Source of the DNA: a virus
Lineage: Duplodnaviria > Caudoviricetes
DNA: 44,030 nucleotides
Reading direction: 5' to 3' (one strand)
IMG/VR virus record: IMGVR_UViG_3300036773_000018
Span: 1-44,030 of that record
The notes under the pieces are model-generated. The model was not told where the DNA came from and ran no database searches. It worked only from the letters and a program-made list of their open reading frames with translations. Of this stretch, positions 34,311-43,539 are shown piece by piece. How positions within the stretch are numbered: position 1 is the stretch's first letter; every line of letters starts with the position of its first letter. The position numbers were made by a program, and so were the translations under genes.

Positions 34311-35815
34311 TGCCACTCGGACCGAAGATCCGCGTGCCGTGGGAGCACCCGCGTACGCCGGAGCAGAACGACGAGAACTGGCGCTGGCTCAACCGGCTTC
34401 AGGAGGATGACGGGTCGGGTACGCGGTGGGCAACGCTAGTCATCGCCGCGTCCGACTCGACTCCCGCGGGACAAGCAACCGCCGACTACGTGTGCACCGG
34501 GAGCAATGACGCGGCGACAATCAACGCCGCGATCCTCGCACTCACCGATCGCGCGTCCACCACATCACTCGGGCGCATCGTTCTGTTGGAGGGCACGTAT
34601 CGCATCGGTGCTACGGCGATCCAGACAAGTGCACTTGCTGGTCGCGCGTTGCACATTCAGGGAATGGGTGGCGGCACCGGGCACACCACGACACGCGGCG
34701 CTACGTACATCCTCGCGCCATCCGGCTCGGCGTTCTCGTTCGTCGGGAGCGGCGCGGCGAGCGGTTCATCGGTCGAGATCACCGACGTGCACGTTGTCGG
34801 TGGTGGAGCAACAGCCGCCATCAAGGGGCAGGACTGCCCCATGCGAATCGAACGCTGCACCGTCACCAACAGCGGTACCGGAGGCGCGATCTCGCAGAGC
34901 AACACCACCGGGGCGAGCGGTATTACGCACATTGTGAACTGCATCGTTGCATCCACGCACGCGAGTGGATCTGCGATCAGCGTCGATGTCGGCGCGGGGT
35001 TGGATGAGCCGATCTTCGTCATTGGTAACCGCGTGTCGCAGGCGGGAACTACGGTTCCGGCGATCTCTTGTGGGAACAACATCAGCACGATCCCGTCGTA
35101 CATGGTCGCAGACAACTACGTTCTCGGTGGGAGTGCGGGCATCTTCATCCGCGGCAACAGCACAGAAGCAAGTGCGGTGAGCGGCAACGTTGTTCGTAAC
35201 GCGAGTATCGGATACCTCATTGCCGGATATTCTCACGTCGTATCAGGCAATAGTGCGATTTCCTGCACGACGGGTTTCTCGACGGCCAACGCCATCGACG
35301 CGCAGTACATCGACTTCACCGGCAACAACATCTACGGCTGTACCAACGCCTTCCTCCTTCCGAGCGGCGTCAGCGTCACGATCATTGGCAACAAGGCAGC
35401 GTTGTGCTCGAATGCGTACACCATTAGCGGAGGGGTTACCGGCACCTTCGTCGGCTACAACGACTTCGGCGGCACAACGGGAACAGACTCGGGGACCAGC
35501 ACCACCTTCGCCAGTGGCGTTCCCTCGGGGGGTACATCGCAGTTCGTGTTGAAGAAGTTGAGCGGTACGAGTGGCGACTTCGGGTGGGCACTGGACCCAG
35601 CGATTGACGCCATCGCCGCGAAGGGATCAGTTCTTGTGGGTACCGCCGCGGATGCGCTCGCGTCGGTCACACCCACGAAGGATGCACAGCTCTTTGTCTC
35701 CGATAGTGCTCAGACGACAGGAGTGAAGTGGGGACGACGACTGTTCGTCCAGACCACCGACCCCGCGTTGTCGATCACGCCCGACCTCGGGGACATCTGG
35801 ATCGACACCACCTAG
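34310..35815 (+). CDS. Tailspike / receptor-binding protein with right-handed beta-helix
   Basis: ADYVCTGSNDAATINAAI...GRIVLLEGTY pectate-lyase-like start, repeated V.GN/N.V coils, C-terminal GDIWIDT. Confidence 0.8.
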   Translation: MPLGPKIRVPWEHPRTPEQNDENWRWLNRLQEDDGSGTRWATLVIAASDSTPAGQATADYVCTGSNDAATINAAILALTDRASTTSLGRIVLLEGTYRIGATAIQTSALAGRALHIQGMGGGTGHTTTRGATYILAPSGSAFSFVGSGAASGSSVEITDVHVVGGGATAAIKGQDCPMRIERCTVTNSGTGGAISQSNTTGASGITHIVNCIVASTHASGSAISVDVGAGLDEPIFVIGNRVSQAGTTVPAISCGNNISTIPSYMVADNYVLGGSAGIFIRGNSTEASAVSGNVVRNASIGYLIAGYSHVVSGNSAISCTTGFSTANAIDAQYIDFTGNNIYGCTNAFLLPSGVSVTIIGNKAALCSNAYTISGGVTGTFVGYNDFGGTTGTDSGTSTTFASGVPSGGTSQFVLKKLSGTSGDFGWALDPAIDAIAAKGSVLVGTAADALASVTPTKDAQLFVSDSAQTTGVKWGRRLFVQTTDPALSITPDLGDIWIDTT

Positions 35816-35825
35816 AGGGAGAACC

Positions 35826-36317
35826 ATGTCCACCGTCAAGGAATCCTTTCCGGCAACAGGAACAAGTATCACCCTCACATTGAACTCGCTTGCAAGTAGT
35901 GGAACGGTGGGACGCGCGTCGAGTTCAGTGGACAACTCCACCAACCTTGATCTCGATGCACTGGTGAACGTCGCGATAGCGTTCCCCAACAGTGCTCCCG
36001 CGAACGATCTATCCATCTATGTCTTTGCGTACGGAAGTTATGACGGCACCGCGTTTCCTGAAGGTGTTACCGGCTCCGATGCTTCGTTTACCCTTCAAGG
36101 TTCGGCTGGCGCGCTGAAAACCGCGCTGCGACTCATCGGTGTCATCCCCGCGGTTCAGAACGTCACCGCGAACTATGGCCCCTTCCCCGTCGCCCCAGCG
36201 TTCGGTGGTATCCTTCCCCCGAAGTGGGGATTGATCGTACTGAACGTCGGGGGACAAACGTTGAGTGGATCAGGGAACAGCGCGTCCTACAGCCGCGTTC
36301 AGGCGACGGTCGCTTAA
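35826..36317 (+). CDS. Tail-associated beta-sandwich protein
   Basis: 163 aa, SD GAGGGAG. Confidence 0.6.
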   Translation: MSTVKESFPATGTSITLTLNSLASSGTVGRASSSVDNSTNLDLDALVNVAIAFPNSAPANDLSIYVFAYGSYDGTAFPEGVTGSDASFTLQGSAGALKTALRLIGVIPAVQNVTANYGPFPVAPAFGGILPPKWGLIVLNVGGQTLSGSGNSASYSRVQATVA

Positions 36318-37169
36318 ATGGACAGCGCGGTTCGGTCGCGTTCACGGGGGGATCAGAAGCCATCGATTGGCGCGCTCGTGCATTCGGGACACCCGCTAGC
36401 GCGTGGACTCGTCAACTGCTTCATGCTTAATGAGCAGAACGGGCTCTACGTTACGGATGCAGCGACGGGTCAACTCGTTCGCGTGACGGCCGGGACTAGC
36501 GGTCCAAAGGGTCAGGCTTATGGGTGGGAGTTTTTCGGCAGCAACGAACCAGTTCTTCCCGAGCAGATCAGCGCGGATCCGTTCATGGGACAAGCCGCGA
36601 CGATCGCGGAAGCACATACCTTCGACGCCGTTATTCGCATTTTCAACACCACTAAGGGACTTGTCGCTGGACTCTTGAATGGTGATACGTTTACGAACGG
36701 CACTCAGGTCAAGGGTATCGGTATGGGCGTAGGGACCACGACCTTCGATACGAACGGATCAAATCTCCTTGGACTGAACGAGAACGTTGCATGGGTTACC
36801 CCCTCACTTGCCCTTCCGGTCGGTCGCCCCGTTCACATTGGCATGGTGTACTACGGTCCCTCAAAAACGGGGTATTGGTATATCGACGGAAGGCCAGCGG
36901 CGAGTTCTTCGTGGGGCGCTATTGGGACAGGCACCTCTACGTCGCCACTTCGCTTCTTGGTCGGTGGGTACTTCAACAACGGATTGGTGAATCGCGTATT
37001 TACTGGCGACATCTTCACGGCGCGCCACTGGAACCGCGCGTTGTTGCCACAAGAGATGGCAGCTCTCGCGGCGCGTCCCTACGCAATGATGGCTCCGCTT
37101 ACTTCACCACATCTTGACGCGGTTGCTTCAGCGTCATGGCACACTTCAGTTGTCAAAGTCTGGAAGTAG
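36318..37169 (+). CDS. LamG/concanavalin A-like domain protein
   Basis: HPLARGLV..F..NE..G, HIGMVY...WYIDG, FTGDI...WNRAL...E. Confidence 0.75.
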   Translation: MDSAVRSRSRGDQKPSIGALVHSGHPLARGLVNCFMLNEQNGLYVTDAATGQLVRVTAGTSGPKGQAYGWEFFGSNEPVLPEQISADPFMGQAATIAEAHTFDAVIRIFNTTKGLVAGLLNGDTFTNGTQVKGIGMGVGTTTFDTNGSNLLGLNENVAWVTPSLALPVGRPVHIGMVYYGPSKTGYWYIDGRPAASSSWGAIGTGTSTSPLRFLVGGYFNNGLVNRVFTGDIFTARHWNRALLPQEMAALAARPYAMMAPLTSPHLDAVASASWHTSVVKVWK

Positions 37170-37175
37170 GAGAAC

Positions 37176-37454
37176 ATGGAACTCACACTCGAAGTCACGC
37201 AACGCCTCGCAGCCATTGCTCGCGAACATGAGCCGGTTACAACCACGGACGGCTTCATCGACTGTTCGTGCGGGTGGGAATCGAATCACCCTCTGGCGTG
37301 GAGCCGCGCAGAGATGAAGCAACAAGCCGATCCCGAGCGCCCCGATCCCGTTGACGCGACGGGAGAACCAGATCCCGAGCACACGGGGAACCCCGAGCCA
37401 CAACAGGAACACGTCGCCGCGTTGCAGTTGGCCTTTCTACAAACTGCCCAATAG
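37176..37454 (+). CDS. Hypothetical protein
   Basis: SD AGGAGA; H...CSCGW motif. Confidence 0.6.
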   Translation: MELTLEVTQRLAAIAREHEPVTTTDGFIDCSCGWESNHPLAWSRAEMKQQADPERPDPVDATGEPDPEHTGNPEPQQEHVAALQLAFLQTAQ

Positions 37455-37461
37455 GAGAACC

Positions 37462-38295
37462 ATGAGTGACCCAATCGCATACGGCATTGACTACGCATGG
37501 GCGCAGATCGAATCACCCTCCATCGCGAAGTCCGGATGCAAGTTCGTCATGCGCTACCTCGGTGGCACAGCGCGCCTCTCGCCCGCGGAGCGCGACAACC
37601 ACCACGCCGCGGGACTCGCGATCGCGCTGTTCGTGGAGCAAGAGGCGGACGAAGCGGAGAAGGGATTCGCGCGCGGCGTACAACTCGCGCAGGTGGGGAA
37701 CGCGGAGGCTGACTACCTCGGGTACCCGAAGGAATGCGTGCTGATCTACGCCGACGACAAGAACGATCCCGACCCCGCGCAGGAAGTCGATTTCATGCGC
37801 GGCGTCAATAGTGTGCCGGGCGGGAGAGTCGCGGATATGTACTCGGGGGGCAATGTGCTCGCCGCACTCGCCGTCGAGAACCTCAGTCCATTCGGGGGAG
37901 TGTGCGTCGAGACGTGGTACCGCGGCTTCGGGGAAGATCCGTGCATGGAGCAGCTCGCCAACACGCGCGACCCCATCCACATCCCCGGCGTCAACGATGA
38001 CCAGTTCGACACCGACCTCCTCTACAAGTCCATCCCCATGTGGGGACCGAACGGCGTCGTCTACCTCGGCGCACCCGCGAAGCCAATCGAACAGGGAGAA
38101 GACGACATGATGTACGGAACGGCAGCAGCAGAGGAGAAGGGCGGCGAGGCGAAGTACTTCAAGTGGTATGGACAGAAGCTGGTGGAGATCCCCGGTATCC
38201 AAGTCCTCCTCGATCACAAGGCCGGAGTGCCGTTCCGCGGCGACTGCCACCCGCTCGAAATCGTCGCCATGGCGCAGCGCGTGGCGAAGGCGTAG
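37462..38295 (+). CDS. Endolysin, DUF1906/GH25-like glycoside hydrolase
   Basis: GIDYAW, KFVMRYLG, LSPAE, GLAIALFVE, IYADD, terminal DTD; followed by a holin-like gene. Confidence 0.75.
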   Translation: MSDPIAYGIDYAWAQIESPSIAKSGCKFVMRYLGGTARLSPAERDNHHAAGLAIALFVEQEADEAEKGFARGVQLAQVGNAEADYLGYPKECVLIYADDKNDPDPAQEVDFMRGVNSVPGGRVADMYSGGNVLAALAVENLSPFGGVCVETWYRGFGEDPCMEQLANTRDPIHIPGVNDDQFDTDLLYKSIPMWGPNGVVYLGAPAKPIEQGEDDMMYGTAAAEEKGGEAKYFKWYGQKLVEIPGIQVLLDHKAGVPFRGDCHPLEIVAMAQRVAKA

Positions 38296-38342
38296 GCGCG
38301 CGCGCCCTGGTACCCTGCGGCCAACCACTCGAAGGAGACCTC

Positions 38343-38531
38343 GTGCTCAACAAGATCAAGAACACCCTGAAGGCGTGGTCGGCAACGATCCTCGCGGCGG
38401 TCGGTTGGACCTACGTGGTCATCGACTCCCCGCAGCCAGGCGTCACGGGCACCGAGTGGCTCGGCCTCGTGGTCGCACTCCTCGCATCGTTCGGCGTCGT
38501 CTACGCGGTGCCGAACATCAAGAAGCCCTAG
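38343..38531 (+). CDS. Holin
   Basis: 62 aa with two TM segments and VT..EW...GVVYAVPN, typical of actinophage holins. Confidence 0.75.
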   Translation: MLNKIKNTLKAWSATILAAVGWTYVVIDSPQPGVTGTEWLGLVVALLASFGVVYAVPNIKKP

Positions 38532-38689
38532 GTCGGCGTGGGGCCGTACGCTCACTTCCATTGAGGGTGAGCGCGCCGCACCCCCCACCCACGCGAGGAC
38601 ACGGGTGAGGGGCGCTGGCCGACCGGGAGGGTCGACGCAGAAGGTAGTCCAACGGTTACCTACTTGTCAAGGCGTGCGGAGGAACCAGA

Positions 38690-38956
38690 GTGCGGCAAGT
38701 CAACAGCACCGGGGAGACACCTCGCACGGTGGGAACGGTGCTGCACTTCCTCATGCAGTCGCGCAAGGTCCGCGTGTGGGAACTCGCGAACGTGCTGCGG
38801 TGTTCCCACAAGTCGGTGTACAACTACCTCTCCGGCGCGTCGAAGCTCAACGCGACTCGAGTTGAAGCCGTCGCGGAGTTCTTCGACATCGAGCCCGAGG
38901 AGTTCGTCAACCTCACCACCGGCGAACTCCTCCAAACTCCCGTCCCGACGGGTTAG
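38690..38956 (+). CDS. XRE-family HTH regulator
   Basis: VWELANVLRCSHKSVYNYLSG...VEAVAEFFDIEPEEF. Confidence 0.8.
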   Translation: MRQVNSTGETPRTVGTVLHFLMQSRKVRVWELANVLRCSHKSVYNYLSGASKLNATRVEAVAEFFDIEPEEFVNLTTGELLQTPVPTG

Positions 38957-38959
38957 CAA

Positions 38960-39343
38960 GTGTCGCTCGTCATCGGGTGGCTCCTAAGTGACGATGCTTT
39001 TACCGGCATCAGCGTCGGGATCATCGGAATCACCACCGGCCTGATCGGCGCACTCGTCGGCGCGTTCACCGCGTGGTCGGCGCGCAAGTCCTCGAAGGAG
39101 GCTAACCGCGCGCAGATTCTCGCGGTCGACGTGCAGAACCGACTCGCGGACTTGGAGATCCTTGACCGCACGGTGCAGCGTCAAGGCGAGGAACTCGAGA
39201 GGCTTGACGGCGAGTGCAGAAGTTTGCGATACGAGTTGCACATGGAGCGACTGAACGTGCGAGACCTTCAGGAGTTTGCCCGCGAACACGCCCCGGATGT
39301 TGACCCCCCCCAACTCCGTGTGGTGAATGGAGACGCAGCATGA
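38960..39343 (+). CDS. Membrane-anchored coiled-coil protein (lysis region)
   Basis: N-terminal TM followed by a coiled coil. Confidence 0.65.
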   Translation: MSLVIGWLLSDDAFTGISVGIIGITTGLIGALVGAFTAWSARKSSKEANRAQILAVDVQNRLADLEILDRTVQRQGEELERLDGECRSLRYELHMERLNVRDLQEFAREHAPDVDPPQLRVVNGDAA

Positions 39344-39864
39344 ACGCAGACGTTCCTCTCGACTCACCCCTCGCTCAAGCTCCCCTCAACTCTCCACCGC
39401 CAACAGTTGAGTCGCAAGTCGCGGTGCTTATGGAGCGCGTGGGGGAGATCACCGAGATCGCGGAGGGGGCAAAGCGACGTGCGAAATGGGCGATGATCGG
39501 CGCGCTCATCATCGTGCTCATCGGTGCCGCCATCGGCATAGGCTCCCTCGTTACGAACGTTGCCATTCGCGACATCCGCCAGAACAACGATGCCGCGATC
39601 TGCCGCTCGAACATCTCCGGCGCGTACACGTCCCTAGAGTCGGACCGCGACAACGCGTTCGTGCTCGGGCTACTCGCGCAGGGTACAGGGGATACCGAGA
39701 CGTTCGACGCGAAGAAGGCTCTGGTGACGAACATCGCGCGCACCTTGGATCAGCTCCCCCCGCGCCAGGAGGCGTACGCGGAGGGAGTGACGATCGACGG
39801 CGTGGCGTACGCGGCGTGTTCAGGGAGCGTGTGGCCTCCTCCGACTGCTACCCCACCTCGATAG
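39340..39864 (+). CDS. Single-TM membrane protein (lysis region)
   Basis: WAMIGALIIVLIGAAIGIG TM segment and two Cys residues in the C-terminal domain. Confidence 0.65.
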   Translation: MNADVPLDSPLAQAPLNSPPPTVESQVAVLMERVGEITEIAEGAKRRAKWAMIGALIIVLIGAAIGIGSLVTNVAIRDIRQNNDAAICRSNISGAYTSLESDRDNAFVLGLLAQGTGDTETFDAKKALVTNIARTLDQLPPRQEAYAEGVTIDGVAYAACSGSVWPPPTATPPR

Positions 39865-40039
39865 CGGCGAGCACCGCGCGTACACCTACGCGCCACGTCT
39901 CTTTGTTCTCCTCGGGCATGACGCGCCAGTCGCGCAGGTACTGGCGTCGTGCCACTGGCGTGAGTCCCCTCATCCCCTGCCGCGTCGCGAGGAACAGCGC
40001 GCACGCACCCTTCTCCACATCTTGGTCGGAGTAGATCAC
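39848..40039 (-). CDS. Small hypothetical protein
   Basis: Last gene of the minus-strand operon; GTGA overlap. Confidence 0.55.
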   Translation of the reverse strand: MIYSDQDVEKGACALFLATRQGMRGLTPVARRQYLRDWRVMPEENKETWRVGVRAVLAAIEVG

Positions 40040-40560
40040 AGCGGGTATCCGAAGAACTCGAACAGGATCTCCATGTCATCGACCCCCACAATCACCGTGT
40101 TCTCGTCGCGTCCGTTCTCCTTCACCTTCCGCACGCAGTTCTGCACGAATCTCACCCGCGGCGGCAGCCCCACCTTGTCCCCCGTTCGGAGGACTACTTG
40201 GTCGCCCTCAAATGTGTACCTCGCATCTTCGACGGCCATTAGGCGCGTGAGTTGATGACCTCGTGGGTCCGCGCCGAATACTGATCCCACTGGTCCCGGT
40301 GCACGGTCGACATGGAGTGCCGGGTTGGAGTATTCCTCCTCGGGTTCCTGTGCCCCTTGCGCCTCGTCCACGGGTGGCTCGTCGGCGTGGATCTCGGCGT
40401 AGTCCTGTTCTTGCTGGGGCGTCGGCTTCTTGTTCTTCCCCTTCTTGCTTTTCTTCTTGTCCTTCTTCCCCGAGAGGTTGGGCGGCACCTCCTCCGTAGG
40501 GGTGTTGTACGCAGCGATGACCTCGGGCGGCACGTCCTTGGAACCTCCGACGCGCACCAT
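40036..40560 (-). CDS. Hypothetical protein with Lys-rich tract
   Basis: ATG 40560 (MVRVGG...) overlaps the upstream stop. Confidence 0.7.
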   Translation of the reverse strand: MVRVGGSKDVPPEVIAAYNTPTEEVPPNLSGKKDKKKSKKGKNKKPTPQQEQDYAEIHADEPPVDEAQGAQEPEEEYSNPALHVDRAPGPVGSVFGADPRGHQLTRLMAVEDARYTFEGDQVVLRTGDKVGLPPRVRFVQNCVRKVKENGRDENTVIVGVDDMEILFEFFGYPL

Positions 40561-41006
40561 CAGTTCTGCCCCGGCACGTAGAGCTGCGGTTTGCCGATGT
40601 CCGCCTGCAATCTCTCGACCATCTCGACTCTGATCTTGTCGAGTTCGCGGAACTCCATCGCGAACCGCTTCGAGAACGCGCCCTCCACCCACGCGCTCAT
40701 CGACGCTATCTCCTTCGCGACGAGAGCCTGTTGTTCCGTGGGCGTGAGATCCCCCGACTGCATCTTCGTGAGTAGCTCGAGCATCATCTCGCAGTCCTGC
40801 CAGATCGGGTTCGTCGTGATCGTCTCCGTGAGTACCGACAGGTGGCGCGCGTTCAACTCGGCTTTGCCTTCGAGCATGAGCGTGGCCTGTTCCGCGATGT
40901 GGTCCGCGAACCCGGCGAGCTGCGTGTAGAACAACGCTACGATGCGCGGCGTGTTCGACTTGATCCACTCCTCGGTGGATTGGCCTTCACCTTCTACTTC
41001 TTGCAT
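40560..41006 (-). CDS. Helical hypothetical protein
   Basis: ATG 41006 follows AAGGTGA. Confidence 0.7.
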   Translation of the reverse strand: MQEVEGEGQSTEEWIKSNTPRIVALFYTQLAGFADHIAEQATLMLEGKAELNARHLSVLTETITTNPIWQDCEMMLELLTKMQSGDLTPTEQQALVAKEIASMSAWVEGAFSKRFAMEFRELDKIRVEMVERLQADIGKPQLYVPGQN

Positions 41007-41107
41007 TTGGTTGTCACCTTTCCGCATCGCGAGCACCGCCAGTAGTGACGGTTGCTGATCCGATAATGCCTGTAGTCATGTCCCGCTAGGAGACACCGGA
41101 ACCTCAT
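40994..41107 (-). CDS. Small Zn-binding protein (DUF1660-like, 37 aa)
   Basis: Manual translation MRFRCLLAGHDY...WRCSRCGK; ATGA overlap with the UDG stop. Confidence 0.55.
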   Translation of the reverse strand: MRFRCLLAGHDYRHYRISNRHYWRCSRCGKVTTKCKK

Positions 41108-41973
41108 CCCGTGAACCTATCACCTTTTACCTGCGCGGCCCCCATCCCGCTCGCGAGCGTCAACTGCACCGTCGCCTCACCCCACTTCTTCCGGTCCTTC
41201 TCCCACTGATCTTTCCACCGCGCCCAATGCTCCGCGCAGTACCCCACCGCGTCTCGATCCCACTCCTCCGCCCCGCGCCCGCACCGTACACACTCCTCAC
41301 TTATCAGCTTCTCGAAGCCAACCTCGTGCACCACCGCGTCCCAAAACCGCGCGAGATCCTCCTGCAACGGCTTCTTGTACTGCCGCTGTCCCCTCAATAT
41401 CGCGGCCGGGTGATACACACCCATGACCACCCACCGATCCAGCAGTAGTCCCCACACGCCATGCACGTCGGTGATCTTCAAGTCCCCACGCCACGCATCG
41501 AGCGCCCTACCGCCGATCAGCATGACGTGCTGCACGTTCGCCGCCTCGAGCTGCGCGACCATGTTCCCCCGGCACGCGCGCGATTCCTCCTTCGAGGGTG
41601 GACGCACCTTGCCGTCGATGTCGGGGAAGCAGCTCACGGAGTTGATGTACGTCACCCGATCTGAGTTCACCCCCGCTTCCTCTAGGTACGTCCGGAGCAT
41701 CCTTCCCGCGGGACCGATGAATGGCTTCCCCTTCTCGTCCTCCCTCGGCCCCGGCGCTTCCCCCACCACCGCGAACAGTGCGCGCTTCTTCGGGTAGGTG
41801 AACGGCACGGGCTGGTGCTCGTCGTGGAGGTTGCATCCCTTGCACTCGCGCACCTGCGCCCACACCTTCCCGCGCAACTTCCGCGCGTCATCATTCGAGA
41901 GCGCGGGGTGTTGGAGCTGCGCGACTATGCGCGCATCCAACTTCGAGAACAGGTTCTTACGGTGCGTAGCCAC
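41104..41973 (-). CDS. Uracil-DNA glycosylase, family 4 (Fe-S)
   Basis: CKGCNL, VGEAPG..ED..G.PFIGPAG, NSVSC...RPP...C, YHPAAILR. Confidence 0.9.
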   Translation of the reverse strand: MATHRKNLFSKLDARIVAQLQHPALSNDDARKLRGKVWAQVRECKGCNLHDEHQPVPFTYPKKRALFAVVGEAPGPREDEKGKPFIGPAGRMLRTYLEEAGVNSDRVTYINSVSCFPDIDGKVRPPSKEESRACRGNMVAQLEAANVQHVMLIGGRALDAWRGDLKITDVHGVWGLLLDRWVVMGVYHPAAILRGQRQYKKPLQEDLARFWDAVVHEVGFEKLISEECVRCGRGAEEWDRDAVGYCAEHWARWKDQWEKDRKKWGEATVQLTLASGMGAAQVKGDRFTG

Positions 41974-42235
41974 CCTGGATGTCCTCCTCGTCGCTTGTGA
42001 CTTCTAGGGGTTCCTGCGTGACATTCGCGCCACCCGCGATCCCGTCCGCACCCACAACCGCGAGCGCGACGGGCTCCATGAACTTCCGCACCTCACCATG
42101 CTTGTGGCACACGGCTCCCCTGAACGCATTCCTGCGCGCGGTGACCGGACACTGCACGCGCACACCATCCACCGTCTCCGCGTGCGAGCACCTGAATATG
42201 ACCCAACACTCTTGCATCTTTCCCAACTCGCTCAT
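41957..42235 (-). CDS. Small Cys/His protein
   Basis: MSELGKMQECWV...C..C...CHKH; ATGA overlap. Confidence 0.6.
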   Translation of the reverse strand: MSELGKMQECWVIFRCSHAETVDGVRVQCPVTARRNAFRGAVCHKHGEVRKFMEPVALAVVGADGIAGGANVTQEPLEVTSDEEDIQGGYAP

Positions 42236-42906
42236 CCGGTTCCTTCCCATGCACTCAGTGACTCAAGAATCTCCATACCGATCCACATGGAGTACGCGGG
42301 CGGGATTGCTTCCCTCAGTTCATCCCACGTCATCCAGTCGATACCCATTGCTGCGGACCCCGTAGAGAGATCCGCGACCCTCAGCTCGGTTCCGTCCTCC
42401 CGTGCCCACAACAGGCGACCGTCCTGCTTGCCGTACACCGCGACAGGATCTTTCTGCCGCGCGCGCCGCTTCGTCTTCGGCAGTGGGAAGTTCGACTCGA
42501 ACAGCCGCGGTCGGTACACCCGCAGTCCGAACATCTCGCCGGTCAGTGTGATCGGAGACTCAAGTGCCCACTTCGCGCCGACGACGTTCTCTATGACGTA
42601 GGGCAGTCTCAACTTCTTCAGCATCTCCCGCGTCGGTTCGATCAACAAGGGTGAGTCCGAGCCGTTACGGTTGTTCATGGTGGTGTATCCCTGACACGGC
42701 GGCGACGCGTGCACCACACTCACGCCGTACTTCTTGACCAGCTTCTTCACCAGCTTCTTGTCGGTCGCGTCTCCCTGGATGAACTCATAGGGGTAGTTCG
42801 GTTGCGGGTTGATGTCCACACCGATGACTCTAAACCCCGCGTCGTGATACCCCTTCGCGATCCCTCCCGCGCCGCAGAACAGATCAAGCAGTACCGGACG
42901 CTTCAC
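42232..42906 (-). CDS. C5-cytosine DNA methyltransferase (compact phage type)
   Basis: LDLFCGAGG, GVDI, SPPCQ, IENV. Confidence 0.88.
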   Translation of the reverse strand: MKRPVLLDLFCGAGGIAKGYHDAGFRVIGVDINPQPNYPYEFIQGDATDKKLVKKLVKKYGVSVVHASPPCQGYTTMNNRNGSDSPLLIEPTREMLKKLRLPYVIENVVGAKWALESPITLTGEMFGLRVYRPRLFESNFPLPKTKRRARQKDPVAVYGKQDGRLLWAREDGTELRVADLSTGSAAMGIDWMTWDELREAIPPAYSMWIGMEILESLSAWEGTG

Positions 42907-43037
42907 TACAGGTCTCTCCCTACTGATTCGGACTTCCCCGCGGAGAAGTCTTCGGGTTCCCCTATGGCGTTGATGTACTTCTCGATCGTCTTCGGTCCTA
43001 CCCAGCACTCTTGCATCTTGCCGTAGGTATCACTCAT
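42906..43037 (-). pseudogene. Chimeric 43-codon scar ORF
   Basis: MSDTYGKMQECWV resembles the start of the 42235 gene; GPKTIEKYINAIGE resembles the end of the ERCC4 gene. Confidence 0.7.
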
Positions 43038-43539
43038 TCGCTTCTCCCCTCAATCGAATATACATACCATCGATCCCCGATTGTCTCATTGTTTCGGCGT
43101 TGTTCTCTCCGTACGCGATGAGTACGGATGGAGCGCCTGCGTTGCTATGACTCGGGCATGATCCATCGGGGCGGTGGAAACGCAACCTCCCCCGCAGGAA
43201 CGTCACCGCGGTCGCGTGTGCCCATACCGAGTCGAAGAACATTTTCGTCTCGGTTCTCGCGAAGATAAGCGCGATGCCATCTCCGTGCTCTGCGAGTCGT
43301 TGCATCCACATCCCGGTTTCGCGTCCGTAGGGGGGGTTGAGCCACACGCGACCGAACCACTCGCGCGTCAATCCATCGTGTGAGTAGTGCTTTTTCGCTG
43401 TCTTCCACGGACGCGGCTTTCCGAAGCATGGGTCGAGATCGAACGCGCCCAATGCTTGTACGATTTCTAGTGGCGTCAACCATTCGTTCGTCTCACCCTC
43501 AATCGTGCGCTCATGTGATCCCATCCCCGCGCGAGCCAC
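43030..43539 (-). CDS. dam: Phage N6-adenine DNA methyltransferase (phage Dam family)
   Basis: EWLTP, FDLDPC, DGL...W...VWLNPPY, ARTET, FLRGRLRF. Confidence 0.88.
   Translation of the reverse strand: MARAGMGSHERTIEGETNEWLTPLEIVQALGAFDLDPCFGKPRPWKTAKKHYSHDGLTREWFGRVWLNPPYGRETGMWMQRLAEHGDGIALIFARTETKMFFDSVWAHATAVTFLRGRLRFHRPDGSCPSHSNAGAPSVLIAYGENNAETMRQSGIDGMYIRLRGEANE

Noticed and set aside
41380-41420. AILRG in UDG as a fourth copy of the AExILRGS tag
   Set aside because: It is part of the standard family-4 UDG motif HPAAILR.
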